A stretch of DNA of 64,000 nt from an uncultured cyanobacterium (GTDB lineage Bacteria > Cyanobacteriota > Cyanobacteriia > Cyanobacteriales > Cyanobacteriaceae), in NCBI GenBank assembly GCA_963710605.1, contig CAVQBA010000004.1, positions 416,001-480,000 on the forward strand, in the 5' to 3' direction. The notes beneath the pieces are model-generated. The model was not told the origin of the DNA. It saw nothing but the letters and a program-made list of their open reading frames with translations, and ran no database searches. Both the position numbers and the translations under genes were made by a program. Below are positions 62,853-64,000 of the stretch, in pieces; the first letter of the stretch is position 1, and each line of letters opens with the position of its first letter.

Positions 62853-63611
62853 TTAACTTGTTGGTTCGATACGAGGAAAATCAAATAACATTGTACTCAT
62901 ATATCGATCGCTCCATACCTTTCCTAAATACTTTTCTAGAACCTTTCTAGTTTTATCATTCTGTTGCTGTTTATTGCAGTAATAATGCTGTGCTTTGATG
63001 ATTTCTGACTTTTGAGTCTCAGAGAAAACAGCAGGTGTAGAATTGGCAATTTGACAGTGTAGATTTAATATTTGATCAACTCGATCGAGAAACTGTTGCT
63101 CTTCTTCAGTATCGTTAAGACGAACAAATAAACAAAATTGAGAAAAAATATCGCCCCATTCAGGCAAGTCACGAGGATGAGAAAAATTAATTTCAGGTAA
63201 GTTTGTTAAGGCATTTTGATAAGTAGAAGATAAAACACGTTGCGGATTCATCGGCGAAAGATCAACAATTGCCGCTCCGACACCACCATCAATTGTACCA
63301 ACCAAATCGAGTCCTAAAATAGGTAAAGGATAGTTAGGATGAGGAAACATGACACAATGAAGAATATCTAAACGATCGCCAACACGAGCTAATTCTAAAT
63401 GCAACTTACGAAAACTTGCTGTTTGATAACACTTATTTTCGATCGCTAGTTTTTCTCCTTCTAAGCTACTTTCTACATAACCTAAATCTTTTGGTATGTT
63501 GTAAGGCTTTAAAGCAAAATGTTTTTCCCAATTTCTTTCGATACAATTAGCTAATTTACCAATGAGAATGTGTTGAGTTTCTCTTAAAGACGATTGAGTA
63601 ATGGCAACCAT
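62853..63611 (-). CDS. pcyA: Phycocyanobilin:ferredoxin oxidoreductase
   Basis: FRKLHLELA, LDILHCVMFP, GLDLVG, AAIVDLSP, LPEWGDIFS, QQQNDKTRKVL. Confidence 0.93.
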   Translation of the reverse strand: MVAITQSSLRETQHILIGKLANCIERNWEKHFALKPYNIPKDLGYVESSLEGEKLAIENKCYQTASFRKLHLELARVGDRLDILHCVMFPHPNYPLPILGLDLVGTIDGGVGAAIVDLSPMNPQRVLSSTYQNALTNLPEINFSHPRDLPEWGDIFSQFCLFVRLNDTEEEQQFLDRVDQILNLHCQIANSTPAVFSETQKSEIIKAQHYYCNKQQQNDKTRKVLEKYLGKVWSDRYMSTMLFDFPRIEPTS

Positions 63612-63947
63612 AAAATTATTATTTGAATATTATTATCTAAAATTTTTATGCAAGACGCTGTTGAATCAAGTTCCCCTTTTTAGTAAGGAGCAGGGCTGTT
63701 TCATGTCTTATTTTTGTAATTTCTACAACGCCAGAAATACCAGTAAATTTAGCCGTTTTTTTTCTAATAGTAAAAAGACAATGTGCTCAAATTACTCAAT
63801 CGAGTATGTAGTAATAGCTTCTAGCTATTTATTGTGAGCAGATAGCTATTTTCTTCTTCCTTTGAATGAAACAGCCCTCCTTAGTAAAGAGGGGTTAGGG
63901 ATGGTTAAATATTTTAATCAATCAAACGCCTCTATCACATCAATTAA

Positions 63948-64000
63948 TTAATCTTCGGACTCAGTTTCGGTACTTTCATCAACATCATCGTTATTATTAC
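63948..64000 (-). CDS. Possible acidic C-terminal end of a gene extending beyond the window (..NNNDDVDESTETESED*)
   Basis: Open minus-strand frame from the window edge to a TAA. Confidence 0.35.
   Translation of the reverse strand, partial: NNNDDVDESTETESED

Noticed and set aside
63636-63653. RcaC L-box upstream of pcyA (minus strand TTGCATA-N4-TTTTAGA)
   Set aside because: Only one half resembles TTGCACA; the second has three mismatches, too weak to call in AT-rich DNA.

Overview
AT-rich cyanobacterial chromosome segment (abundant HIP1-core CGATCG, phycoerythrin linker and lyase genes, psaD, psb34, pcyA). Core content: cpeC-cpeD-cpeS-cpeT, tRNA-Tyr/tRNA-Thr, plsY, a cytochrome P450, tRNA-Asp, argG, glgB/glgA, ppx, polA, two ABC transporters, psaD, cyanoexosortase A, and an rcaE-rcaF-rcaC chromatic-acclimation cluster next to pcyA. 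Accessory structure read from the sequence: (1) a ~5.77 kb minimal integrative element in tRNA-Thr(GGT), with a 44-bp att duplication, tyrosine integrase, 11-bp arm repeats, three RHH-like small genes, an HTH initiator-like gene with internal repeats, twin G-rich hairpins and an array of TCTACTGTACA sites, plus what looks like a relic arm of a related element just outside it; (2) an array at 41.3-45.3 kb where ~160-175 bp loop-expanded GTAG-REP doublets, often bracketed by CGATCG, alternate with single unrelated ORFs like a cassette array; (3) two duplicated, unannotated 29/34-aa hydrophobic peptide genes with a structured antisense-strand hairpin between them; (4) a 1719-bp IS with 14-bp IRs and a 9-bp TSD splitting a hybrid histidine kinase. 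Many conserved genes carry frameshifts or in-frame stops, so assembly error is likely and pseudogene calls are provisional. Family assignments come from recalled motifs, not database searches.
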